Shown piece after piece: positions 13,643 to 23,215 of a stretch of 40,348 nt of DNA. Under the pieces are notes generated by a model. It was not told the DNA's origin. It searched no databases and saw only the letters and a program-made list of their open reading frames with translations. Position numbers and translations under genes: made by a program. Origin of the DNA: a virus (Duplodnaviria > Caudoviricetes); the IMG/VR virus record IMGVR_UViG_3300020044_004040, positions 1 through 40,348 of that record; one strand, written 5' to 3'. How positions within the stretch are numbered: position 1 is the first letter of the stretch; every line of letters starts with the position of its first letter.

Positions 13643-14091
13643 TTGCTCTCCTTCTTTTTAGGCAAAGGCTTGATAGCTGCCTTTACTTTGTTGACCTTTG
13701 TTACTTCACCAAGCCAAGGAAACCAAGGCGAGGTGTCGTCCCCACAAGTTTCCTTAATGGAAATGTGAAGATGCTTAGTGTGCTTATTAGGACCGGTGTA
13801 CTCACGGTTACCCTTTTCCTTAGACCAAATCTTGCCGTTAAATATTAGGTACTTAACACGTGGGTCTTGCTGTAGCTTGATAAAAGCAAAGGCGCAATCA
13901 ATACCAAATACTGGATCGTGGGTAACGTCTACTGCATAACCAGAGTTATGGTCAGAGTTTGGGTTCTGATGTACGTGTGCCTTAGATGGGAGTAACCCAT
14001 CGCTTGCCTTCTTGCGCTTAGGCTTAAGAGCTGTAGCTTGACGTAGTGCTGCGATAGCAGCAGGTGCTGCTCTCTTTGCTAATGGAATCAT
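13639..14091 (-). CDS. Putative endolysin, M15/LAS-type zinc peptidase
   Basis: SDHNxGxAVD, YLIFN, HxxHLHIS motifs; lysis-cassette position. Confidence 0.7.
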   Translation of the reverse strand: MIPLAKRAAPAAIAALRQATALKPKRKKASDGLLPSKAHVHQNPNSDHNSGYAVDVTHDPVFGIDCAFAFIKLQQDPRVKYLIFNGKIWSKEKGNREYTGPNKHTKHLHISIKETCGDDTSPWFPWLGEVTKVNKVKAAIKPLPKKKESK

Positions 14092-14291
14092 TTGATACCT
14101 CGTTCTATGAGTATGTTGTACAGATTGTCGACTTTTTGTTCTAGCCTATTGACCGAATCTCTGAGCGATGATCCTGAGTTGGGTTTAAGTTCATTGAGGT
14201 AATGCTTTACTAACCAGCGTACCGCTGCTCCAAAGCCACCGATGATTGTGCATACTGCAACAGCTACTGTTGCGTAATCTTGTGGTGTCAT
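14088..14291 (-). CDS. Small membrane protein of the lysis cassette
   Basis: N-terminal TM helix, LKPNSGSSLRD, coiled coil. Confidence 0.7.
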   Translation of the reverse strand: MTPQDYATVAVAVCTIIGGFGAAVRWLVKHYLNELKPNSGSSLRDSVNRLEQKVDNLYNILIERGIK

Positions 14292-16474
14292 TACGCTGTC
14301 CTTATGGTAACTAGGAGCAATCCTCCAAAGCCGGAGTATCGCTTATCGGTAGGTGTCTTGTTGATGAAGTCCATCTCTTCGATAAGGCCAAGGTAGGACT
14401 CACCTGTACGGAAGTCTTCGACCTTAATCAAGTCACCGATGTCTTCAATGTTTTGCATTACTTGTAGGCGGTCAAAGGTGTAACCCTCATAGCCTGTCTG
14501 GTTGCCGAACTTATCCATCTCGTGGTCATACATTGAGATTGGGTACTGGATAAGGCGCTGACGTGGGATAGATGCCAGAGTGTTGACCTGGTATCCAGTA
14601 AAGATTGGACCCTTAGTACTGTCCAAAGATGATCGTGTGAACGCAAACTCAAATCCAAGGAACTGCTGTGCTCCGTTAGGATATGAGATACCCACTTGGC
14701 CAAGGTCTGATCCTTGTGAGAAGACACCAAGGTTATAGCTGACATTGTTCTGGTCGATAGACCTAATGCTGATACCACCGTTGAGTGTGTTAAAGCGTGG
14801 TGTCAGTAGCTTAAAGATTTTATTCTCAAGTGTGTTGTAACGGATATAACCGGTACGGATAGTTGCCTCTGGTACCAAGGTTGTCGCTGACTCGATATAG
14901 ACGGTTCCATCTGCGGTTCCGTTGTTAGCTGTACAAAACGCTAGACGGTTGGTATTGCCCAAGAAGGAACAGGATGTTGTTGTGTATCCAGTTGTAGTTG
15001 GGTCATATAAATCCCAAGCATAGGCAAAGACTAGGTTGCCACCGATAGGTGCAGATAGGTCAACACGGCTTACGCCAGGGCTACCATCGACTCCTGTAGT
15101 ACACCATAGGTACTTATCAAATCCTGCTACATCATAGACAGGTTGGGTTGATTCAAAGAGTAACGGACCATATGCAATAGATCCGTCTTGGTCTGATACT
15201 TGAGCAATACGTAGGCCAAGGCTAGTACCGATAGCCATATACCCAAGGTAGTAATAGATTCTAAATACAATCTCACCGACAGGTAGCTCAGCTGCTGTGA
15301 TAGCACTGGTTAAGGTAGGCATAGCACCTGATGTGTTCAGTGTGAACTTCTGGATAGTTGATTGGATGCCTGTATAGCCAGCTAGGTAGATAGCAGCACC
15401 GCTTGATGTGATGCTGGTATAGACAAAGTTATCTGTTGGGTGTGTGTAGACAGCAGAAGGTAATGTTGTTGCTGATGTAGCAAACTCATAAATTTTATTG
15501 TTTGCAGCTAGGACCAGACGCTCTTTAGTAAACTCGATGACTGCATTTGTCACGACAATACCTGTAGCGTCAAACATCAAGGTCGGTGATACTGAAGCAT
15601 CATCCTTGAGGTTCTTCTTGTAGACGTGCATCTTGTTAGCGCCACCGGAAGTCTTATTAGTTACCCAGTAAGCAAATTGTCCGTCATCACAGATGGCATA
15701 GACGCGATCATCTACACCTGCGTTATAGTCTATAAAGTGTGTTACCTGACCGCCAATATCAATTCTATCTACATCGTACTCATCCCAGAAAAGAATGCAG
15801 TCCTGTGTTACCAAGCCTGTGGCAGCTACTGATGTGACGTTGGCTGCTGTCTTGGTATAGCTAATAGTAGTTGCAGCTACAGCTGTGAGGACATAGGTAC
15901 CGTCAAAGGTATCGTCAATGCCATTGATGTTGACTGTGGCACCAGCTGTAAGCTTATGGCTACCAATAGTAAGTGTTGCTACATTAGATGTCAGAGCCTT
16001 GTTAGTAACTGTCCAGCTTGGTCGTACTGATCGTTCAATCTGGAACGGACGCTTGTTAGCTTGGAGCTTACCTGTAGTAACGTGTGTAGTAGTTACATCT
16101 TTGAGTAGGGTTACCTGTCCCTTATCCCAGACGTTGCAACCCTTGCTGAAGGTGTACTGAAAGCGTAGCGATTCATCCTGTGCTGGCTCAAAGAACTTGA
16201 TGCCTTGACCTAGATGGAATGTAGACTGTGATCGTAGCCACCAACCAGTAAGTGTCTGCTCACCAGGTTCACGTGTAGTATCAAGCTGTTGCTTGCGATA
16301 CTGAGCTGTGACTCTACGATAAGGTGTTTCGTCGGTATTGTTAAGGAAGAATGGTTGTGCTGCAAGAGCTATGTCAAATGAAACACCACTGGCAGCATAA
16401 GACTGATTGCCACTAGGGTTAGACAGTGGTACGGGAATTCTCTCGGTGATGTCACTGCCATATGGTGGGACCAT
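14291..16474 (-). CDS. Large tail structural protein (nozzle/tail-tubular-B-like, beta-rich)
   Basis: 727 aa, beta-propeller-like composition, position in the tail module; family assignment is inference. Confidence 0.6.
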   Translation of the reverse strand: MVPPYGSDITERIPVPLSNPSGNQSYAASGVSFDIALAAQPFFLNNTDETPYRRVTAQYRKQQLDTTREPGEQTLTGWWLRSQSTFHLGQGIKFFEPAQDESLRFQYTFSKGCNVWDKGQVTLLKDVTTTHVTTGKLQANKRPFQIERSVRPSWTVTNKALTSNVATLTIGSHKLTAGATVNINGIDDTFDGTYVLTAVAATTISYTKTAANVTSVAATGLVTQDCILFWDEYDVDRIDIGGQVTHFIDYNAGVDDRVYAICDDGQFAYWVTNKTSGGANKMHVYKKNLKDDASVSPTLMFDATGIVVTNAVIEFTKERLVLAANNKIYEFATSATTLPSAVYTHPTDNFVYTSITSSGAAIYLAGYTGIQSTIQKFTLNTSGAMPTLTSAITAAELPVGEIVFRIYYYLGYMAIGTSLGLRIAQVSDQDGSIAYGPLLFESTQPVYDVAGFDKYLWCTTGVDGSPGVSRVDLSAPIGGNLVFAYAWDLYDPTTTGYTTTSCSFLGNTNRLAFCTANNGTADGTVYIESATTLVPEATIRTGYIRYNTLENKIFKLLTPRFNTLNGGISIRSIDQNNVSYNLGVFSQGSDLGQVGISYPNGAQQFLGFEFAFTRSSLDSTKGPIFTGYQVNTLASIPRQRLIQYPISMYDHEMDKFGNQTGYEGYTFDRLQVMQNIEDIGDLIKVEDFRTGESYLGLIEEMDFINKTPTDKRYSGFGGLLLVTIRTA

Positions 16475-16504
16475 TATTGCTCCTTAAGATAGACATAAAA
16501 ATAA

Positions 16505-16534
16505 GAGCAGTTTACCCTCGTACTCAGGAGGTAA
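16505..16534 (-). other. Putative H-type RNA pseudoknot in intergenic leader
   Basis: TTACCTC-ctGAGTAc-GAGGGTAA-ac-TGCTC-TTATTTTT; loop GAGTA pairs with TGCTC. Confidence 0.45.
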
Positions 16535-16546
16535 TGCGGTTACTTA

Positions 16547-16774
16547 CTATTCAGTAAGAGCTGCTACTTCTTCGCCTGTTAGACCAAGAGCTGCAAGCTT
16601 TGCTTGTGCAGATAGCTTGGCATCAGCCTTAGCTTGCTCTGCAGCTTCACGCTCTGCCTTCTCAATAGCAGCATTCTGTGCATCAACTGCACGCTGTTCA
16701 ATCTCTTCAGGTGTTAAATCCACATAGGACTGGGTACCTTTAGCAAGATCTACGATGAGTTTCTTATCAGCCAT
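16547..16774 (-). CDS. Small fibre-associated protein (chaperone-like)
   Basis: MADKKLIVD...LTPEEI...AKLAALGLTGEE; RBS AAGGAG; TAATG coupling. Confidence 0.7.
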   Translation of the reverse strand: MADKKLIVDLAKGTQSYVDLTPEEIEQRAVDAQNAAIEKAEREAAEQAKADAKLSAQAKLAALGLTGEEVAALTE

Positions 16775-17079
16775 TATTCTTCTCCTTGGATAATTACGTG
16801 TGAAGCATCTGAACAGTTCCAACGACAGGTATCTTCATCAAGTGTTACCTTATCTGGGTGGCACTCAGGCTTTGGTGCGATGAACGCATCACGTGCCTCG
16901 TCATATGTATATCCGATACCTGCATAATTCTTACGGATGTTCCCGTTGTAGCTAGTCTTGACCCAGGTACCACCAAGGTTTTCAATTAGCCAGTCGTAAC
17001 CCTCGTTAGGATCACTGTTGTTTCCAACCAGTACCCGAAGTACTGTGTTGTTGCTATCTACTTCTGCCCAATGTGACAT
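16774..17079 (-). CDS. Fibre-associated hypothetical protein
   Basis: MSHWAEVD..N.VLRV...WVKTSYN..IRKNYAGIGYTYD. Confidence 0.8.
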   Translation of the reverse strand: MSHWAEVDSNNTVLRVLVGNNSDPNEGYDWLIENLGGTWVKTSYNGNIRKNYAGIGYTYDEARDAFIAPKPECHPDKVTLDEDTCRWNCSDASHVIIQGEE

Positions 17080-17091
17080 TCTGTTTCTCCC

Positions 17092-18459
17092 TTACGCTAC
17101 TAAATATCTAATAATAACAATACCTGAACCACCATTACCACTAGCACGGTAGAATCCACTACCACCACCGCCGCCACCGGTATTAGGTGTTCCGCTAGTT
17201 CCTTGTTGTTGGTTCTGGTCGTTTACTGTATATCCACCAGCACCGCCACCGCCTGAACCACCGGATGCAGGTGATCCACCGCCACCAAATCCAGCACCAC
17301 CGCCAGCATAGAATCCGCTAACGCCTGTACCTGTTGCTGTTGCCCACGATGAGAATGAGTTAGAACCAGCTCCACCATTACCGCCGGTTCCACCTGAAGC
17401 GTTGCCACCAACTGCTGTAGCTCCACCGCCACCACCAGTTGCTCGTGCAGTATTTGTTCCTGAGAAGCTACCAGTTCCGCCGTTGTTACCCTGTGATGGT
17501 GAAGTGCTTGGTGTATTACCAGCACCACCAGTTAATGTGGTTGAAACGTTAAACTGTCCACCACCGCCACCTGATCCGCCAGCAGTACCAATAGCGTTAG
17601 AACCGTATCCAGCAGACTTTCCACCGCCAGTTGCGGTGAATGAATTGAATGTGCTATCAATACCATTTGTTTCACCAGGTCCACCATTAGCTACGCCACC
17701 AGCCCCACCAGCTCCAACAGTAACTGCAAAGTTACCAATAGCTAATGGTACTGATGTTGCGCTTCTAAAACCACCAGCTCCGCCACCACCTCCAGCGTTT
17801 GCTGCACCGCCACCACCACCGATTACAAGGTAGTCACAGGTAAGTCCTGTCTGTGGTGTAAAGGTTCCATTGCTAAGGAATGCGTGGTACCAGTAAGTGC
17901 CATCAGTTCCAATCACATTACCGCCGTCAGCCTTTGGTGCAATGGTAGGTGTCGTACCTACCTGAGCTAGTCCGTAGAGTGAGAAGGTTGATCCTGCTGC
18001 AAGGTTTCCACCTGTTGATGTTAAGGTGATTGAAGTTATCGGAGCAGTGTTACTCCATAACTGAGCATTAATCTCAGCATAAGCAATAGTAGTATTAGCT
18101 TCACCGGCTGTATCTATTGAATATGATTTAAAGTTTGAACTTCTATAGTTTGGAATATAAACATCTGAAGATGAAAATACATTTGCAGTTGAACCAGTTT
18201 GATTGTTAATTAAAGCAAATTGATAATCAGATGTGGTAAAAGAAACCGCAGATGAACCAGTTCCTTGTAAGTGCCTTTGGGTATATCCAGTTGTGGATCC
18301 GTTAAAAGATATACCTACCCAGTCAGCTGTTGATGTAGACCGTGCAGACACCGTTAGTTTGAGATCGGTGTAACCACTTGTAGGTAAGTTATCAAAGACA
18401 ACTGAGGCTGCAGCGTTATTAAGTTCTACGCGTTCCAAGAGGACATAATTATTTGGCAT
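17092..18459 (-). CDS. Glycine-rich tail fibre/tip protein, paralog 3
   Basis: N-terminal beta domain (VxF..P.GYTDL...FSLYG) plus polyglycine domain ending GGSGIVIIRY. Confidence 0.8.
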   Translation of the reverse strand: MPNNYVLLERVELNNAAASVVFDNLPTSGYTDLKLTVSARSTSTADWVGISFNGSTTGYTQRHLQGTGSSAVSFTTSDYQFALINNQTGSTANVFSSSDVYIPNYRSSNFKSYSIDTAGEANTTIAYAEINAQLWSNTAPITSITLTSTGGNLAAGSTFSLYGLAQVGTTPTIAPKADGGNVIGTDGTYWYHAFLSNGTFTPQTGLTCDYLVIGGGGGAANAGGGGGAGGFRSATSVPLAIGNFAVTVGAGGAGGVANGGPGETNGIDSTFNSFTATGGGKSAGYGSNAIGTAGGSGGGGGQFNVSTTLTGGAGNTPSTSPSQGNNGGTGSFSGTNTARATGGGGGATAVGGNASGGTGGNGGAGSNSFSSWATATGTGVSGFYAGGGAGFGGGGSPASGGSGGGGAGGYTVNDQNQQQGTSGTPNTGGGGGGSGFYRASGNGGSGIVIIRYLVA

Positions 18460-18469
18460 TTACTTCTCC

Positions 18470-19825
18470 TTATTTCGCGTATCTAACAATTACTACACCT
18501 GAGCCACCGTTACCTGAGCCTGACCCAGCGTTAAAGTAGGCACCACCGCCACCACCACCTGTATTGGATAAACCAGAAACTCCGGTTGTGGCAGTACCTT
18601 CTGCTCCACGACCACCACCACCTAGTCCACCAGCACCAGCAGGTGTATCGTAAACAAATGCTCCACCACCACCACCTGCAAGGTAGTAAGTTCCTGAAAC
18701 ATTTTGACCAATACCTGTTGCTGCACCCCACGATGAATAAGTTGCAACACCTACTCCGCCATTACCACCAGTTAAAGTTGTTGCGTTAGCACCTGCAGCT
18801 CCTGCTCCACCACCGCCACCGCCAACCCAAGGACTTGGACCTCTACCACTTCCGCCTGCATTTCCTTGACCAGATACACCAGAACCACCAGCGCGAGTAA
18901 CGTTATCGTCAGCGGCACCGCCACCGCCCGAGCCACCATTTACGCCAACGCTTCCCGATCCAGATACTAGATAGAATCCACCGCCACCGCCACCTTTAAC
19001 AAGTGTGAGTGCTGCAAATTGTGAATCTACTCCATTGCTTCCAGGTGCATCGGCAATACTTCCACCTGCACCGCCACCGCCTACAGTAACTGAATAATTA
19101 GTTGCAGTTAATGATTGATTAGTAAATGCAAGCAAACCACCAGCTCCACCACCGCCACCGATTCTACGACCACCGCCACCACCACCAGCTACAACTAGCA
19201 CATCTGCGCTGATTGACTGTGTTGGTGTGAAGGTACCGTTACCTGCAAAGACGTGATAGTAGTATTGGCTATCTGTGTAGATAGTTCCACCAGTTGCCTT
19301 GGCTCCGACTGAAGCAGCTGCGATGCCATAGATTGTGAAGGTTGATCCGACTGCAAAGTTTTGAATACCGCCGTTAAGGAACAAGGTTATAGTATTAATT
19401 GCTGCAGTCGAGCGCCAAGTGTTAACCAAAGCATCAGTTCCAACAGGCGCATTACTTGAGCGACTAAGAATTGTTTTGAAGGTTGTTGTATTGCTATAAT
19501 TTTGAAAATGAATAATCTTGGTGCTATTACCAAGTGTTGTCTGCATATACCCGTCGTAATCCGACAAGATAGAAGTTTGGTTAGAGCCACGATCTGATAA
19601 AGCTCTTGTGCCATTGCCTGTTAGCGCAGTCCAAGAATAGTTGCTACCAGAATCAACAGAGCCATTGCCTACTCTGATTCGCATATTGTCGTTTCCTGAA
19701 GTAATTGCAGGAGATGCAACCAATACTAAATCTGTATAACCTTGTGGAATAGATGTGAAGGTTACGGTTGGTACTGCTGTACCAAGTGTCTTTGTATCAA
19801 GAGCTACGTATGTATTAGTTGGAAT
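18470..19825 (-). CDS. Glycine-rich tail fibre/tip protein, paralog 2 (apparent ATT start)
   Basis: Homology to the paralogs extends upstream to ATT-CCA-ACT-AAT at 19825, 7 nt after GGGGGT; ends GGSGVVIVRY. Confidence 0.75.
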   Translation of the reverse strand: MPTNTYVALDTKTLGTAVPTVTFTSIPQGYTDLVLVASPAITSGNDNMRIRVGNGSVDSGSNYSWTALTGNGTRALSDRGSNQTSILSDYDGYMQTTLGNSTKIIHFQNYSNTTTFKTILSRSSNAPVGTDALVNTWRSTAAINTITLFLNGGIQNFAVGSTFTIYGIAAASVGAKATGGTIYTDSQYYYHVFAGNGTFTPTQSISADVLVVAGGGGGGRRIGGGGGAGGLLAFTNQSLTATNYSVTVGGGGAGGSIADAPGSNGVDSQFAALTLVKGGGGGGFYLVSGSGSVGVNGGSGGGGAADDNVTRAGGSGVSGQGNAGGSGRGPSPWVGGGGGGAGAAGANATTLTGGNGGVGVATYSSWGAATGIGQNVSGTYYLAGGGGGAFVYDTPAGAGGLGGGGRGAEGTATTGVSGLSNTGGGGGGAYFNAGSGSGNGGSGVVIVRYAK

Positions 19826-19840
19826 TTTATTTACCCCCGT

Positions 19841-20401
19841 TTATTTCACGCCGTACAAGGCGAAACTGCTATTAGCGGAAAAATTAGAACTATCATTTAA
19901 CTGAAATGATAGCGAGTTGATAGCATTTGCATTAATCCACAAACTGCTCTCAAGCGATACCTCACCAGAACCATTATTATCAGATCCAGATAAAGCACGC
20001 ATAGTTTTATTTTTAGCAGTGTTTGCATAGTCAAGTACATCAATAACAGATACTGATGGGTTTGTTGTATTCGTTCCTATGTTCTGTCCAAAAAATCTTG
20101 CATAAGTTTGTCCTGTTGCATTTCCCGCACTTGCGATAGATCCCTGACCATTAAGGTAATGCCAAGTGTAAGAAGCAGAGGAATCTCCATTAAATCTCAT
20201 AGTCATTACTTTGCCGCTTGCAGCAGTTAGAGCCATAACTCGAACCTGTAAATGCTTATATCCAGATGGGATACCAGCAAAGGTAACACTAGCTGCACCA
20301 CCCGATGGGACCGTTACGGTAGCCAGTGCATCATATGCACCAGCTGGTTCCCATAGACGGCCAGAAATCTGGGATGCCCAGATACCTAGAATTGGGGCCA
20401 T
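19841..20401 (-). CDS. Tail fibre tip protein, paralog 1 (no Gly-rich extension)
   Basis: MAPILGIWASQ...VTFAGIPSGYKHLQVR...FALYG; TAATG coupling. Confidence 0.8.
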   Translation of the reverse strand: MAPILGIWASQISGRLWEPAGAYDALATVTVPSGGAASVTFAGIPSGYKHLQVRVMALTAASGKVMTMRFNGDSSASYTWHYLNGQGSIASAGNATGQTYARFFGQNIGTNTTNPSVSVIDVLDYANTAKNKTMRALSGSDNNGSGEVSLESSLWINANAINSLSFQLNDSSNFSANSSFALYGVK

Positions 20402-21252
20402 TACGCTAGATCTCCAATCACGGTAAACGTGTTGGTTGCTGTACAAATAATAGTTGCAGCTGAGTACTGAGTGCGTAGCTTGGTACCAATACCTGTAAAG
20501 GTGGTTGTTCCATCACTTGCGATAGTGACCTGTCCTGCACCGATTTGCTGGATATTGACCTGCTGGCCTACAGTAAAGACACCGTTAGGAATAGTTAAGG
20601 TAATTGCTGACGCGTTGCTGAGTGTAACCAGCTTGTTCAGATCAGATGCCTGAATGGTATATGTAGTACCAGTCTGAGCGTTAAGAGTAAGGTTGAGCGT
20701 TGGTACTGCGTTCTGCCACGATACTGCAGTGCCGTTAGTCTGGAGATACTTACCGCTGTTACCAGTCTGTGATGGGTATGTGGTAGGTGTAGCCCACTTA
20801 ACTCCCTTAGCCTGAGCAGAGTCAGCTGTAAGAACTTGTCCATCTGTACCAACTGCTAGGTTAGTTGGTGTGCTTGCAGCTGTTGCTGTAATCAAGTCAC
20901 CCTTAGCTGTCACGATGTTAGGTTGGATAGCTGAGTTAAAGTAATCTAAGTCTGATGCTGTCAGTACGTGCCGTACTACTGCACCTGCTGAGTGTGTAAT
21001 AGCAGTTGACTGAGCTTGGCCACGCATTACCGTAAAGGTATCGCCTGAGTTAGCAGTAGCAAAGACAATCTCTTCGTTAGCTGTATCAGGATCAATGGCT
21101 AGTGTGAACTGATATGTTCCTGCTGGAGATAGTGTCACACCACCAAGGAGTGCAGCACCTGTACCCGCTGCTACGTTGAGCGTTGTCTGGATACTGGTCA
21201 TCTGTGCAGATAGGGTCGTTTCTACAGAGATCGAACTGTATTCTCTTATCAT
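20401..21252 (-). CDS. Tail fibre (proximal) protein
   Basis: AKGDL...LAVGTDGQVLTADS fibre repeat; C-terminal NAQTGTTYT...GDLA domain. Confidence 0.8.
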   Translation of the reverse strand: MIREYSSISVETTLSAQMTSIQTTLNVAAGTGAALLGGVTLSPAGTYQFTLAIDPDTANEEIVFATANSGDTFTVMRGQAQSTAITHSAGAVVRHVLTASDLDYFNSAIQPNIVTAKGDLITATAASTPTNLAVGTDGQVLTADSAQAKGVKWATPTTYPSQTGNSGKYLQTNGTAVSWQNAVPTLNLTLNAQTGTTYTIQASDLNKLVTLSNASAITLTIPNGVFTVGQQVNIQQIGAGQVTIASDGTTTFTGIGTKLRTQYSAATIICTATNTFTVIGDLA

Positions 21253-21267
21253 TATGCTGCCTTCTCT

Positions 21268-22170
21268 TTATCGGGAGTAATGGACGCGTATCGGGAAACG
21301 GTCCTGAAGCTTGGTTGATTCTTCGGAAAGACGTTGTTGGTACAGTGCGAAGATGTACTTGGATGCTGTAGCACCAGCTGTTGATGGAAGCTTTGTATCG
21401 GCATTATCTGCCTCAGCTGACATTAAGTTGATACGGCCCGTATCGATATACGATAGGAGTCTGTACGCAGCTCCAAGGGTAACAACATCACGTGAGGATT
21501 CCGGCAAACCTGTAACAGTAGCAAAGTCATCATTGCTGTTAGTGAGGCCATTTGGGATAACGGAATAGTAGACTTGTACTGTACGGCCAGGGACAACCTT
21601 GTCATAGATATTGACCACCTTGTTAGTATTAAAAGCACTTGTGTTGGCCATACGATCTAGCCCCCAGCGGTTAACAGGTAGCCATTCCTTAGAAGGGCCA
21701 GGTGTCTGCCACGAGATATACAATACATCACGTGCATCATCTGGTAGCGCGTATGCAATCTGAGCCGCGTTATATGGGAATGTAACTGAAGATACACCGA
21801 ACAACTTTGGATATAACGAGTTGATAGTGTCGTTCAAAGCTTGTGCAATCGTTACCTTTGGGAAGGTTGGAGTCAGAGTAACCTGTGCGTTCTCTGCGTG
21901 TGGGCTTGGTGTTGTACCCATAAAGCCACGTCCGAAACCAGGTATTACATTTAGCGATAGGTTCTGCTTATCAAAGCTAGATACAAAGATTAGCTCGTCA
22001 TCAATCTGGACAATACCTTTAGCAAGGTTATCTGCCTGACCAATCTTAAAGGATAGGTCGGTTGCAGTGATGCCACCAGGTGTCGCTAAGTTGGTGATGC
22101 GATCCTGACGTAGAGAGTAACCCTGTAGGTTAGTCTGTACCTCGGAGATCAGTTGACTCAGATTCGGCAT
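21268..22170 (-). CDS. Putative head-tail adaptor (tail-tubular-A-like)
   Basis: 300 aa; helical termini around a beta insertion; position; inference. Confidence 0.55.
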   Translation of the reverse strand: MPNLSQLISEVQTNLQGYSLRQDRITNLATPGGITATDLSFKIGQADNLAKGIVQIDDELIFVSSFDKQNLSLNVIPGFGRGFMGTTPSPHAENAQVTLTPTFPKVTIAQALNDTINSLYPKLFGVSSVTFPYNAAQIAYALPDDARDVLYISWQTPGPSKEWLPVNRWGLDRMANTSAFNTNKVVNIYDKVVPGRTVQVYYSVIPNGLTNSNDDFATVTGLPESSRDVVTLGAAYRLLSYIDTGRINLMSAEADNADTKLPSTAGATASKYIFALYQQRLSEESTKLQDRFPIRVHYSR

Positions 22171-23215
22171 TTAGTTTCCCTTGATAGTACTTGAGATTGC
22201 TTTGTAAACGTTCATCATCTGGTGATATAGCTAATGCTCTCTCACCGTGTATTAGTGCTGTTCGGTAGTCACCAAGTTGCCACGCACTAACTGCAACAAG
22301 ATCATCTGCCATATGTGTCCAGGCCCATCCTTCTGCCAGGAACTCCATAGGTTTTTCTGTGAACTGCAGGGCTTGCTTTGCTACTAGGTAGCATTCTTCC
22401 CACTGCTTTTCTAGGTAGTAATAGTTGGCTAAAGCCAGCATTGACTCTCGGCACTGATACTCTTCAGTTGCTTTGAGGAACCACTCTTCTGCATTAGCAG
22501 GATCTGTCTTACCTAGTATCCGGCAAGCTGCACTTCGCTCTTGAGGAAAGATAGACTTCTCTAGGTATTGCTTGAGAAGCGTTGTGGCTTCCTCGAAGCG
22601 TTCATAATATGTATATTCTCTACCTAGGTAATACAAGTTTCTAGCGTCAGGGTTTTCCTTGACTGCCATCTCTAGTAGCGGTAGATACTGCGTCCTAGAT
22701 GTTTCCTTGTTCTGGTGATGGTGTATCTCAAAGCCGTCAATACGTTCTTTGACTTCTTCACCTTCGCCATACCACTGCGGTACTTCGTGGATAGGATAGT
22801 TCCACCTGATACCAAACCTGCGGTGTACCTTGAACCCGTCGAACTCAGCATCAGGTGTACCGTCTTCCTTGAAGGATTCGATACGGCGATATGTTGGTCT
22901 ATCTATACCTGCTATGAAAGCTTCATTCAAAGCCTCACGCCAACCTGGTGCTAGGACTTCATCAACATCAAGTGCGATGCAATAGTCCACATCATCGGGT
23001 ACTACTAGAAGCGACGCATTCCTTGCGTCATCAAACCTAAACGGATTGAGAGTAATTTGATGTACCGTAATTCCAAGACTTCTGGCAAGCTCAACCGTGT
23101 TATCGGTTGAACCGGTATCTGTGAGGATGTGGTAGTTGGCGTCCTTACTGGACTCGTACCACTGTCTAACATACTTTTCCTCATTCTTGCATATGGTATA
23201 TACGGCTATTTTCAA
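22130..23215 (-). CDS. Glycosyltransferase family 2 with C-terminal TPR repeats
   Basis: ICKNEE, DTGSTD, FRFDDARN, LDVDE (DxD), PIHE; TPR-like helices. Confidence 0.9.
   Translation of the reverse strand: MKIAVYTICKNEEKYVRQWYESSKDANYHILTDTGSTDNTVELARSLGITVHQITLNPFRFDDARNASLLVVPDDVDYCIALDVDEVLAPGWREALNEAFIAGIDRPTYRRIESFKEDGTPDAEFDGFKVHRRFGIRWNYPIHEVPQWYGEGEEVKERIDGFEIHHHQNKETSRTQYLPLLEMAVKENPDARNLYYLGREYTYYERFEEATTLLKQYLEKSIFPQERSAACRILGKTDPANAEEWFLKATEEYQCRESMLALANYYYLEKQWEECYLVAKQALQFTEKPMEFLAEGWAWTHMADDLVAVSAWQLGDYRTALIHGERALAISPDDERLQSNLKYYQGKLNAESESTDLRGTD

Noticed and set aside
17223-17833. Pro-rich antisense and alternative-frame ORFs over the Gly-rich gene
   Set aside because: Mirror of GGT/GGC codon runs
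17092-20401. Diversity-generating retroelement or invertible fibre cassette
   Set aside because: No reverse transcriptase or recombinase, and no near-identical template/variable repeat pair seen
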